From assembly GCA_031549535.1 (NCBI GenBank), contig JAVBPP010000024.1, forward strand, positions 10,180 to 74,179: a DNA stretch of 64,000 nt, given 5' to 3'. Under the pieces are notes generated by a model, which was given only the letters and a program-made list of their open reading frames with translations, was not told the origin of the DNA and ran no database searches. Positions within the stretch are counted from its first letter, which is position 1, and the number at the start of each line of letters is the position of its first letter. Source of the DNA: Oscillospiraceae bacterium (lineage in GTDB: Bacteria > Bacillota > Clostridia > Oscillospirales > Acutalibacteraceae). This document shows positions 1 through 7,783 of this stretch, in pieces. The position numbers and the translations under genes were made by a program.

Positions 1-61
1 CGGAAAAACATAGCACGGTTAACAACAGCGTAAGTGCCAATGCGAGATAACGTTTCGTCAT
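1..61 (-). CDS. 5' end of a signal-peptide/lipoprotein-like CDS running off the window (partial)
   Basis: A reverse-strand ATG at 61 lies 7 nt after GAGGGG. It translates to MTKRYLALALTLLLTVLCFS, which looks like a signal peptide. Only about 20 codons are visible. Confidence 0.3.
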   Translation of the reverse strand, partial: MTKRYLALALTLLLTVLCFS

Positions 62-264
62 AATAAGTCCCCTCAATCTGTCCGCAGGCTGCGGAACGCC
101 TTTATTATTTCAAGATAGCCCCCAAAAGTCAAGGGAAGTTAGGGCTTTTTAACGAAAGGATAAGAGACTTGTTAGAAAAATTAAAAAAATCCTTGTAATC
201 ATTCGCCATTTCGGTATAATGGAATTTGGAATATACAGATTTCAAACAGCAGGAGGAAAATACA

Positions 265-1350
265 ATGGAAAAAACATTAAACATCGGCATCATCGGCTGC
301 GGCGGCATTGCCAACGGCAAGCACATGCCCGCGCTGAAAAAACTGGACGCGGTCAAGATGGTTGCGTTCTGCGACATTGAGATTGAAAAAGCAAACAAGG
401 CGGCTCTAATTTACGGTACGCCGGACGCAAAGGTCTATACGGATTATAAGGAATTGCTGAAGGACGCGAGCATTGATGTCGTTCACGTGCTGACACCCAA
501 CCGTTCCCACAGCTTTATTACCATTGACGCGCTGGAAGCAGGCAAGCATGTTATGTGCGAAAAGCCCATGGCAAAAACCTATGCCGAAGCGAAGGCCATG
601 TATGAGGCCGCCGAGCGCACCGGAAAAAAGCTGACCATTGGCTACCAATCCCGCTGGAGGGGCGATTCCTTATACCTAAAAGAAATGATTGAGAACGACG
701 AGCTAGGCGAAATTTATTATGCCCGTGCCATTGCGCTGCGCCGCAGAGCGGTTCCCACCTGGGGCGTATTTCTCAACGAATATGAGCAGGGCGGCGGCCC
801 GCTGATTGATATCGGCACCCACGCGCTGGACTTAACGCTTTGGCTGATGAACAACTACAAGCCGAAGATGGTGGTCGGCTCCGTCTACCGCAAGCTTGCC
901 GACCAAAAGCGGGCGGCAAACGCTTGGGGCGATTGGGATCCCAACGAGTTTACAACAGAGGATTCCGCGTTTGGCTTTGTGATTATGGAAAACGGCGCAA
1001 CCATCGCGCTGGAAAGCGCCTGGGCCATCAATATTTCCGACCCGCGCGAGGCAGTTTGCACCCTCTGCGGCACCAAGGCGGGTGCGGATATGTATGACGG
1101 CTTGAAGATTAACAACGTAAAGTATGGCCGCCAGAACATCGAGACACCGAGTTTCAAGGCCGGCGGCGTAGCGTTTTATGACGGGGACGCCTCCAAAATT
1201 GAGGACGTCGAAGCCTACGCCTGGATTGACGCCATTTTGAACGATAAGGACGTGCCCACCAAGGCCAGCCAGGCCATGGTTGTCACCCAGATTCTGGAAG
1301 GCATCTATGAATCCGCCAAAACGGGCGAGCCTTACTACTTCAATAAATAA
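265..1350 (+). CDS. Gfo/Idh/MocA family NAD(P)-dependent oxidoreductase
   Basis: Track ORF 226..1350. The ATG at 265 lies 8 nt after AGGAGG (251-256). The product has an N-terminal Rossmann motif IGIIGCGGIANGKH and the family-typical MCEKPMA. Confidence 0.85.
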   Translation: MEKTLNIGIIGCGGIANGKHMPALKKLDAVKMVAFCDIEIEKANKAALIYGTPDAKVYTDYKELLKDASIDVVHVLTPNRSHSFITIDALEAGKHVMCEKPMAKTYAEAKAMYEAAERTGKKLTIGYQSRWRGDSLYLKEMIENDELGEIYYARAIALRRRAVPTWGVFLNEYEQGGGPLIDIGTHALDLTLWLMNNYKPKMVVGSVYRKLADQKRAANAWGDWDPNEFTTEDSAFGFVIMENGATIALESAWAINISDPREAVCTLCGTKAGADMYDGLKINNVKYGRQNIETPSFKAGGVAFYDGDASKIEDVEAYAWIDAILNDKDVPTKASQAMVVTQILEGIYESAKTGEPYYFNK

Positions 1351-1416
1351 AAACAACAAAGGGATGGGCGGGCATTTGCCCGCCTGTCTTATGATAGTAA
1401 TATAAGGAGCGATACC

Positions 1417-2208
1417 ATGCAATTAGGAATTATTAACGACGAACTGACGAAGGAAAGCTACGCGAAGGTAAAGGAATACGGCCTTTCCTTTGTGGAAACC
1501 TGCCAGAATATTGGCAAGGATTTACAGGCCTTTGCCGATAAGGTTCCGGCTCTTTTGGAATGGGAGAAGGAATTCGGTATCCCGGTGCGGTCCATCGGCA
1601 GATGGGGTTCCGATAAATTTGACGAGGACGGCAAGCTGATTCAAGAGGAGCTGGAAAACAACTACCTGCTCATCGACTGCGCCGCAAAGCTCGGCTGCCC
1701 CGTGTTTAACACCGGCGTAAACTATGTGGAGGGGATTTCTTACTACGACAACATCGGCATGGCCATCTCCTTCTTGGAAAAACTGCTTGCTTACGGCAAA
1801 GAGCACGGCGTAAAGATTGCAACCTATAACTGCCATTGGAATTCTTACATCACAGGCCCCAAGCAGTGGGAATTAATTCATGGGCATTTGGACGATTTGG
1901 GCATTAAATATGACCCCACACACTGCTTCAATGACGGAGACGGCAATTATCTGCAGGATGTTGCGGATTGGGGGCACCGCTTCTACCATGTGCACATCAA
2001 GGGTTCCCTAAACCTCGGCGGCAAGCATCTGGACGATCCGCCCGCAGGGCTCGACATGCTCAATTGGCCCGCGTTTATGGGTCTGCTCTATAAGCATAAG
2101 TATGACGGCACCCTGAGCCTGGAACCGCATTCCAACATTTGGAAGGGCGAGCTGGGCGAGTGGGGTGTGCGCTATACCACAGAATACATAAAAAAGATGA
2201 TATTTTAA
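1417..2208 (+). CDS. sugar phosphate isomerase/epimerase (xylose isomerase-like TIM barrel) family protein
   Basis: An AAGGAG RBS lies 7 nt upstream. HVHIKG and SLEPH metal-site-like motifs are typical of this fold family. Confidence 0.7.
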   Translation: MQLGIINDELTKESYAKVKEYGLSFVETCQNIGKDLQAFADKVPALLEWEKEFGIPVRSIGRWGSDKFDEDGKLIQEELENNYLLIDCAAKLGCPVFNTGVNYVEGISYYDNIGMAISFLEKLLAYGKEHGVKIATYNCHWNSYITGPKQWELIHGHLDDLGIKYDPTHCFNDGDGNYLQDVADWGHRFYHVHIKGSLNLGGKHLDDPPAGLDMLNWPAFMGLLYKHKYDGTLSLEPHSNIWKGELGEWGVRYTTEYIKKMIF

Positions 2209-2217
2209 CGAGAGGTT

Positions 2218-2952
2218 ATGCAGATGAAGATTGCAGTACAGTTATATAGTATCCGCGACCGGATTCAAAGCGGCGAGGATATGCTGAATGTCTTAGGCAA
2301 GGTCAAGGCCTTGGGCTATGACGGCGTGGAATTTGCCGGCTATCAGGGCTTGGACGCCGCAACGCTAAAGGCAAAGCTGGATGAAGTGGGTCTGGTTGCC
2401 ATCGGCACACACACGGGCATGGACGCCTTGAAAGCAGAAAACATTGAGGCAACGCTGGATTACCATGCAACCCTCGGCTGTCAGGATGTCGGCGTGGGCG
2501 GCGGCCCCCACGGCAGCCCGGAGGAGACGGCGAACAGCTGCGCCATTCTGCGCTATGCCAATGAGCAGGCACAAAAGCGCGGCATGCGCGTATATTATCA
2601 CAACCACACGCGGGAGTTTGAGCCCTTTGCGGACGGTTCCCTTGCCATGGATTCTTTTTTGAACGCCGCCTTTGTGGAGATTGACACCTACTGGAGCTTT
2701 TGCGCGGGAGTGGAGAACTACGGCTATATCAAGGAGCATCAGGAGCGCATCATTCATCTGCACATCAAGGACGGCTCCGGCAAGGAGTCCCGCGTGCTCG
2801 GCCAAGGGGATTGCGATATCCCCAGTGTCGTGAAAGCGGCAAAGGAAATCGGCCTGGAATGGCTGATTGTGGAGAATGAGACGGACAGCGCAACCACGAG
2901 CAGCCTGGACGAAATCGGCAGCTGCCTTGCCTATTTGAAGTCCGTCATATAA
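2218..2952 (+). CDS. sugar phosphate isomerase/epimerase (xylose isomerase-like TIM barrel) family protein
   Basis: Starts 9 nt after the previous stop. The N-terminus KIAVQLYSIRD and the HLHIKDG motif are typical of the family. Confidence 0.7.
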   Translation: MQMKIAVQLYSIRDRIQSGEDMLNVLGKVKALGYDGVEFAGYQGLDAATLKAKLDEVGLVAIGTHTGMDALKAENIEATLDYHATLGCQDVGVGGGPHGSPEETANSCAILRYANEQAQKRGMRVYYHNHTREFEPFADGSLAMDSFLNAAFVEIDTYWSFCAGVENYGYIKEHQERIIHLHIKDGSGKESRVLGQGDCDIPSVVKAAKEIGLEWLIVENETDSATTSSLDEIGSCLAYLKSVI

Positions 2953-2970
2953 CGAAGGAGGAACAACGCG

Positions 2971-3936
2971 ATGAAACTCGGTGTATTTACCTGCCTGTTG
3001 AGCAATCTGCCGCTGGAAGAAGCCCTCAAGTATTTTCAATCTCTCGGCATTGAAATGATTGAGCTGGGCGTCGGCGGCTACCCCGGCAATTCCCACGCCG
3101 ACCCGGAAGTGCTGCTGCATGACGCAGAAAAGCTGGCGCAATTTAAGGCACTGATCGCGAACTATAACATGCAAATCAGCGCGCTGAGCTGCCACGCCAA
3201 CCCCGTTCACCCGCAAAAGGAGGTTGCCGCGGAGTTTGATAAGGCCATCCGCAACGCTATTTTGCTTGCGGAACAGCTGGGTCTCTCTCAAATCAACACC
3301 TTTTCCGGCTGCCCGGGCGACAGCGAAAACGCCAAATACCCCAACTGGGTGACCTGCCCCTGGCCGAACGAGTTTTCCGAGCTGCTGGATTGGCAGTGGA
3401 ACGCGGTGCTTATTCCGTATTGGAAAGATTTGGTGGCCTTTGCCAAGGCGCATGGGGTCAACAAAATTGCGCTGGAATTGCATCCGGGCTTTTGCGTATA
3501 TAACACAGATTCTCTGCTGCGCCTGCGTGAGGCAGTCGGCCCTGAAATCGGCGCAAACTTTGACCCGAGCCACCTGATTTGGCAGGGCATGGATCCGGTC
3601 GCCTGCATCCGTAAAATGGGCGAGGCAATTTTCCACTTCCACGCGAAGGATACGAAAATTGACGCCATGAACACGGCTGTGACCGGTGTGCTGGACACCA
3701 AGCCTTACGGGGACGAAATCAACCGTGCCTGGGTGTTCCGTACGGTCGGCTATGGCAATGAGGCCGCCTATTGGAAGGACATTATCTCCAACCTGCGCAT
3801 GGTGGGCTATGACTATGCCATCAGCATTGAGCATGAAGATTCCCTCATGAGCCAGAACGAAGGCCTGTCCAAGGCCGTGGCATTTTTAAAGAACGTGCTG
3901 ATTACGCAGAAGCCCGCTGAAATGTGGTGGGTATGA
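2971..3936 (+). CDS. sugar phosphate isomerase/epimerase (xylose isomerase-like TIM barrel) family protein
   Basis: GAAGGAGG RBS upstream. Motifs ELHPG, HFHAKDT and SIEHED are present. Confidence 0.75.
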   Translation: MKLGVFTCLLSNLPLEEALKYFQSLGIEMIELGVGGYPGNSHADPEVLLHDAEKLAQFKALIANYNMQISALSCHANPVHPQKEVAAEFDKAIRNAILLAEQLGLSQINTFSGCPGDSENAKYPNWVTCPWPNEFSELLDWQWNAVLIPYWKDLVAFAKAHGVNKIALELHPGFCVYNTDSLLRLREAVGPEIGANFDPSHLIWQGMDPVACIRKMGEAIFHFHAKDTKIDAMNTAVTGVLDTKPYGDEINRAWVFRTVGYGNEAAYWKDIISNLRMVGYDYAISIEHEDSLMSQNEGLSKAVAFLKNVLITQKPAEMWWV

Positions 3937-3977
3937 CCGCGCTGCAGCGGCCATCATTCTGAAAGGGAGTGAATTGC

Positions 3978-4862
3978 ATGTCATTGTCGGCTATAATGCT
4001 CTTGCTGAAACGTATTTTTGCATCGCTGCTCGTTGCGCTGGAGGTTTTTATCGGCTGGGCGTTCGGCATTCCCGTGCATGCGCACGGCTCGGCGCTGGAC
4101 CGCAGCAAGTTTACACAGGAGCCCGTCTGGGCGGATGAATTTGACGGCACTCAGCTGGACGCAAGCAAGTGGGGAGACCACCATAAATGGGGCGGGGAAA
4201 CCACGGTACGCCGCGGCGGCTACTGGAACTTGGCTATGGCGGAGCTGAAGGACGGCTGCTTAAACATCCGGACAGAATATTTGGAACAGGGGCTTGACGG
4301 GGGCCCGGCGGGATATTATACTTGCGGTATTGACACAAACGGCCTGTTTGAACAGGCTTACGGCTTTTTCGAAGTGCGCTGCAAGCTCCCGGCGGGGGCT
4401 GGGCACTGGGCAGCGTTTTGGATGCTCAACAACGCCATGGGGAATGTGGACGGCAGCGGCCGTGACGGCGCAGAAATTGATATTTTTGAAGCGCCCTATT
4501 ACTTTAAAGGCGGCAGCTACCGCAATGCCGTTACCTCCAACATTCACATTGATGGCTACGACGAGGGGCACAAGTCCGACAGCCTCGGCCGCTGCCTCGT
4601 TGCAGGTGACCCGTATAACGAGTTCCACACCTACGGCTTGGAATGGAGCGAGAAGGAATACATCATTTACGTGGACGGTATTCAGTTTGCAAAAAGCAGC
4701 TTCGGCGGCCCCAGCCGCGCTCCGGAGTACCTGATTCTTTCCGTGGAAGTGGGCGGCGAAAACGGAACGCCGGGGGATTCCTGGGCGGGCGATATCCGCA
4801 ACAACAGCTTTTTGCCCACGTCATTCTTGATTGATTATGTACGCGTATACCAATATAAATAA
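3978..4862 (+). CDS. secreted glycoside hydrolase family 16 (beta-glucanase/laminarinase-like)
   Basis: Track ORF 3969..4862. The ATG at 3978 follows a GGGAG RBS. The N-terminus is a hydrophobic signal/anchor, and the GH16 catalytic motif EIDIFE is present (GAEIDIFEAP). Confidence 0.8.
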   Translation: MSLSAIMLLLKRIFASLLVALEVFIGWAFGIPVHAHGSALDRSKFTQEPVWADEFDGTQLDASKWGDHHKWGGETTVRRGGYWNLAMAELKDGCLNIRTEYLEQGLDGGPAGYYTCGIDTNGLFEQAYGFFEVRCKLPAGAGHWAAFWMLNNAMGNVDGSGRDGAEIDIFEAPYYFKGGSYRNAVTSNIHIDGYDEGHKSDSLGRCLVAGDPYNEFHTYGLEWSEKEYIIYVDGIQFAKSSFGGPSRAPEYLILSVEVGGENGTPGDSWAGDIRNNSFLPTSFLIDYVRVYQYK

Positions 4863-4888
4863 AGCAAACAGAAAGAGGAAACGGGTAA

Positions 4889-5950
4889 ATGGATAAGAAG
4901 AACGAAATCGGCTGCGCGATTATCGGCTACGGCGGAATGGGCAGTTGGCACGCGCGAAAGATTAAGGGGCTGAACGGCGGACGGGTCGTGGGTATCTATG
5001 ATATCGATCCCAATCGCTGCAAGGCGGCGGAAAAAGACGGCTTTCACGCCTATTCCTCCCGCGAAGAATTGCTGGCAGACCCGGCAATTGACCTGGTGAC
5101 CATTGCAACGCCCAACGATGTCCACAAGGAAATCGCGGTTGCCGCCATGGCGGCGGGGAAAAACGTGATTTCAGAAAAGCCGGTCGCCATGAACTCCGGC
5201 GAGCTGGAGGAAATGATTGCGGCTTCCAAACAATACAACAAAATGTTTACCGTCCACCAAAACCGTCGCTGGGATGAGGATTATCTCACCGCAAAATACA
5301 TGCTGGACGAAAACACCCTGGGTCCCGTTCACCGTGTGGAGTCCCGCGTGCAGGGTTCCCGCGGAATTCCGGGGGATTGGCGCAATCAAAAGGCGCACGG
5401 CGGCGGCATGCTGCTGGACTGGGGCATTCATTTGCTCGACCAGGCGCTGATGATGACCCTGCCGCGCAAACTGGTTTCCGTGTATGCCAACCTCACCAGC
5501 GTCACCAATGAGGAATGTGACGACGGCTTTTATTGCACCATGAAGTTTGACGACGGCATGACCTTCTATATTGAGGTCACCACAAGCAACTTTATTGAGC
5601 TGCCTCGTTGGTATGTTTTGGGTCAAAACGGTTCCGCCGTTGTGGAAAACTGGAGCCTGAAGGGGAAAATCATCAAGGTCTCCGACTGGGAAAACCGCGA
5701 CGCAGTTCCGGTGCAGGCAGGCGCAGGCCTAACAAAAACAATGGCGCCGCGCACAGACGACACCATCAAAAAATTTAAGCTTCACAAAGTCCACGCGGAC
5801 TGGGGCGCCTATTACCAAAATATTTTTGCCACACTGCGCGGCGAAGAAACCCAGCTCATCACCCACGACCAGCAGCGCAGGCTCATTAAACTGATTGAAG
5901 GTATTTTTGAATCCCATGAGCAGAATAAGGTTGTTTATTTTAACGAATAA
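4889..5950 (+). CDS. Gfo/Idh/MocA family oxidoreductase
   Basis: Rossmann motif CAIIGYGGMGSWHARK and EKP motif (ISEKPVA). It is the last gene of the tightly spaced + strand operon. Confidence 0.85.
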   Translation: MDKKNEIGCAIIGYGGMGSWHARKIKGLNGGRVVGIYDIDPNRCKAAEKDGFHAYSSREELLADPAIDLVTIATPNDVHKEIAVAAMAAGKNVISEKPVAMNSGELEEMIAASKQYNKMFTVHQNRRWDEDYLTAKYMLDENTLGPVHRVESRVQGSRGIPGDWRNQKAHGGGMLLDWGIHLLDQALMMTLPRKLVSVYANLTSVTNEECDDGFYCTMKFDDGMTFYIEVTTSNFIELPRWYVLGQNGSAVVENWSLKGKIIKVSDWENRDAVPVQAGAGLTKTMAPRTDDTIKKFKLHKVHADWGAYYQNIFATLRGEETQLITHDQQRRLIKLIEGIFESHEQNKVVYFNE

Positions 5951-5968
5951 TTTCTACAAGGCAACGAA

Positions 5969-5993
5969 GGGCGCCCGCAGTGTGTGGGCGCCC
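5969..5993 (+). terminator. GC-rich hairpin after the sugar operon (possible terminator)
   Basis: GGGCGCCC (5969-5976) pairs with GGGCGCCC (5986-5993) across a 9-nt loop. The T-tract is weak. Confidence 0.4.
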
Positions 5994-6105
5994 TACTTCA
6001 TACTAATCCGCATAAGTAAATTAATTTATTTTATTTAATAGTTATTATATTGTTTTTATTGAATTAAACAGGTAAACAGTAACGGCCATATATGAAATCA
6101 GAATA

Positions 6106-6134
6106 TTGACAAAAATAAATAGCTTTGCTACAAT
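6106..6134 (+). promoter_or_regulatory. sigma-70-like promoter of the QueC-like gene
   Basis: TTGACA (6106-6111), a 17-nt spacer, then TACAAT (6129-6134), in an AT-rich stretch. Confidence 0.45.
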
Positions 6135-6176
6135 AAAGTACACGTTGTATTTTTACCTTAAAGGAGGAACTTTTGA

Positions 6177-7574
6177 TTGCCAAACAAAGTAAAGCTGAAT
6201 GAAATCGTCATTGATAAAAACCGAATTTTTTACGATTGCACGATTACCGGAGAATGGCAGCGCATTTTTCACATGGATCGCGATTTTTTTGTCGAATATA
6301 GTGAAGATATGACGCAATGTCCACCGAGTATTGCGGTGTTACCTTTTATGGGAACCATGCTGGTTCTCTCATGGCTGTTTGATGCGGAGATTATTTTGAA
6401 TCAGCTTGATTGTGACTTTTACGATGCAATCGAGGATATGAAGCGAGAGTACGTGGAAATGTACCCCAAGTTTACCTTCTTGGGCGAGTTGACGGTTGCG
6501 CAAATTGTAAAGACAAATAAACCAAAACAGCAGCACGGTAACACGGTGTTGTTATATTCAGGAGGCGTTGATGCCAATTACTCGTTGTATACAAATATGG
6601 AGGATAAGCCCGCATTGCTTTCCGTTTGGGGCGCTGATGTAAAATTTGAGGATGAAGCCGGTTGGAATCTGGTTGCCGCACATACGCGCCAGGTTGCTAA
6701 GCAACATGATTTACCCTGCTGCCTGGTCAAGTCCTCATTTCGACGTTTTGTTAACTATGGTGTTGTGAGCAAATTGCTCAAACGTCCAAGCTTTTTAAAC
6801 TATTGGTATACATTTCATCATGGCATGGGCTTGGTTTCGCACGCAGCACCTTACGCCTTTTTACACGGTATTCGCTATGTGATGATTTCTGCTTCCTATT
6901 GTTTTAAAGAGTTGCACCGTTCTTTTTGTGCCTCTGACCCTGCGCTGGATTGCGCCATTCGTTTTTGCGGATGCAAAGTGATTCACGAAGGATATGAAGT
7001 TGCAAGAATTACAAAGATAAGGCGATTGTGTACCTATTCAAAACGGATGGAAACGCCGATGAATTTCCGGGTCTGTTGGGTCACGGGAACCGGCAAAAAC
7101 TGTTGCATCTGCATGAAATGTTCCCGAACATGGCTAAATATTTTGACGGAGGGTTTTGATCCGGAGGACTTCGGATTTTCTGTTACATCGGAAACAGTAA
7201 TGCAGGTAATCGGAACCATAACCAACGAAGAGAACTATTCGAAAATTGCAAAAAATGATTTCTGGAAAGATTGTTATTTGCGCTTAAAGGAGTATTTAGA
7301 ATCCGAACAACAGCATGCGTGGAAGCCAGATTATTATGAGTTGCTGCACGACCTAATGAAAGAACTGCCATTTGCGAAAAGTCCTGCTGTAGCAGCAAAA
7401 AAGGAGACAACGAACCAAGCAAAGCCCATTCCCTTAAGTAATCCGCCCGTAAAGGTGCTGACAGCGCAAGATGGCGATACCGTCCCTAATTCGGAAAAGA
7501 GCCGAAACTTCGCAGCTCGTGCAAAAAAATTTCTTCGCGGTGGCTCAACCAACTCGCCACAGAATAAAGATTGA
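6177..7574 (+). CDS. QueC-like PP-loop ATPase superfamily protein with long N- and C-terminal extensions (function unknown)
   Basis: TTG start 9 nt after AGGAGG (6162-6167). PP-loop LLYSGGVDA at residues 126-133. Cys300-x8-Cys309-x2-Cys312-x2-Cys315 has the same spacing as the QueC zinc site. The coding GC is visibly lower than in the flanking genes. Confidence 0.6.
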   Translation: MPNKVKLNEIVIDKNRIFYDCTITGEWQRIFHMDRDFFVEYSEDMTQCPPSIAVLPFMGTMLVLSWLFDAEIILNQLDCDFYDAIEDMKREYVEMYPKFTFLGELTVAQIVKTNKPKQQHGNTVLLYSGGVDANYSLYTNMEDKPALLSVWGADVKFEDEAGWNLVAAHTRQVAKQHDLPCCLVKSSFRRFVNYGVVSKLLKRPSFLNYWYTFHHGMGLVSHAAPYAFLHGIRYVMISASYCFKELHRSFCASDPALDCAIRFCGCKVIHEGYEVARITKIRRLCTYSKRMETPMNFRVCWVTGTGKNCCICMKCSRTWLNILTEGFDPEDFGFSVTSETVMQVIGTITNEENYSKIAKNDFWKDCYLRLKEYLESEQQHAWKPDYYELLHDLMKELPFAKSPAVAAKKETTNQAKPIPLSNPPVKVLTAQDGDTVPNSEKSRNFAARAKKFLRGGSTNSPQNKD

Positions 7575-7600
7575 CCAAACACGGATTTTCTAATGAAAAA

Positions 7601-7660
7601 GCTTCAAAATCCTTAGAATATAGCTATCTCTATATTCTAAGGATTTTGAAGCATGTTTTT
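7601..7660 (+). terminator. rho-independent terminator
   Basis: A perfect 22-bp stem (7601-7622 pairs with 7631-7652) with an 8-nt loop, followed by ATGTTTTT. Confidence 0.75.
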
Positions 7661-7783
7661 ATATTAAAATAAAACGTCAAATATCCCAACTCTAAGTTGA
7701 GCTGCAACATATTTTTGCAACAATTTGTTTGTGGTGTTACCGGCAAAAACAGGCTACAATAAATTGCGGGAGGGAATTATGTT

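Noticed and set aside
129-398. An 89-aa minus-strand ORF overlapping the start of the first oxidoreductase gene.
   Set aside because: It overlaps a well-supported + strand CDS and its RBS region, and it has no motif or RBS of its own.
2365-3834. A 489-aa ORF antisense to two TIM-barrel genes. Similar long antisense ORFs occur at 10636..11508, 12406..13023, 35772..36497, 42299..43189, 45467..46468, 49134..50009 and 58972..59922.
   Set aside because: These are typical shadow ORFs of GC-rich coding regions. They lie exactly opposite genes with strong motif support, have Arg/Ala/Gly/His-rich compositions, and show no RBS or recognisable motifs.
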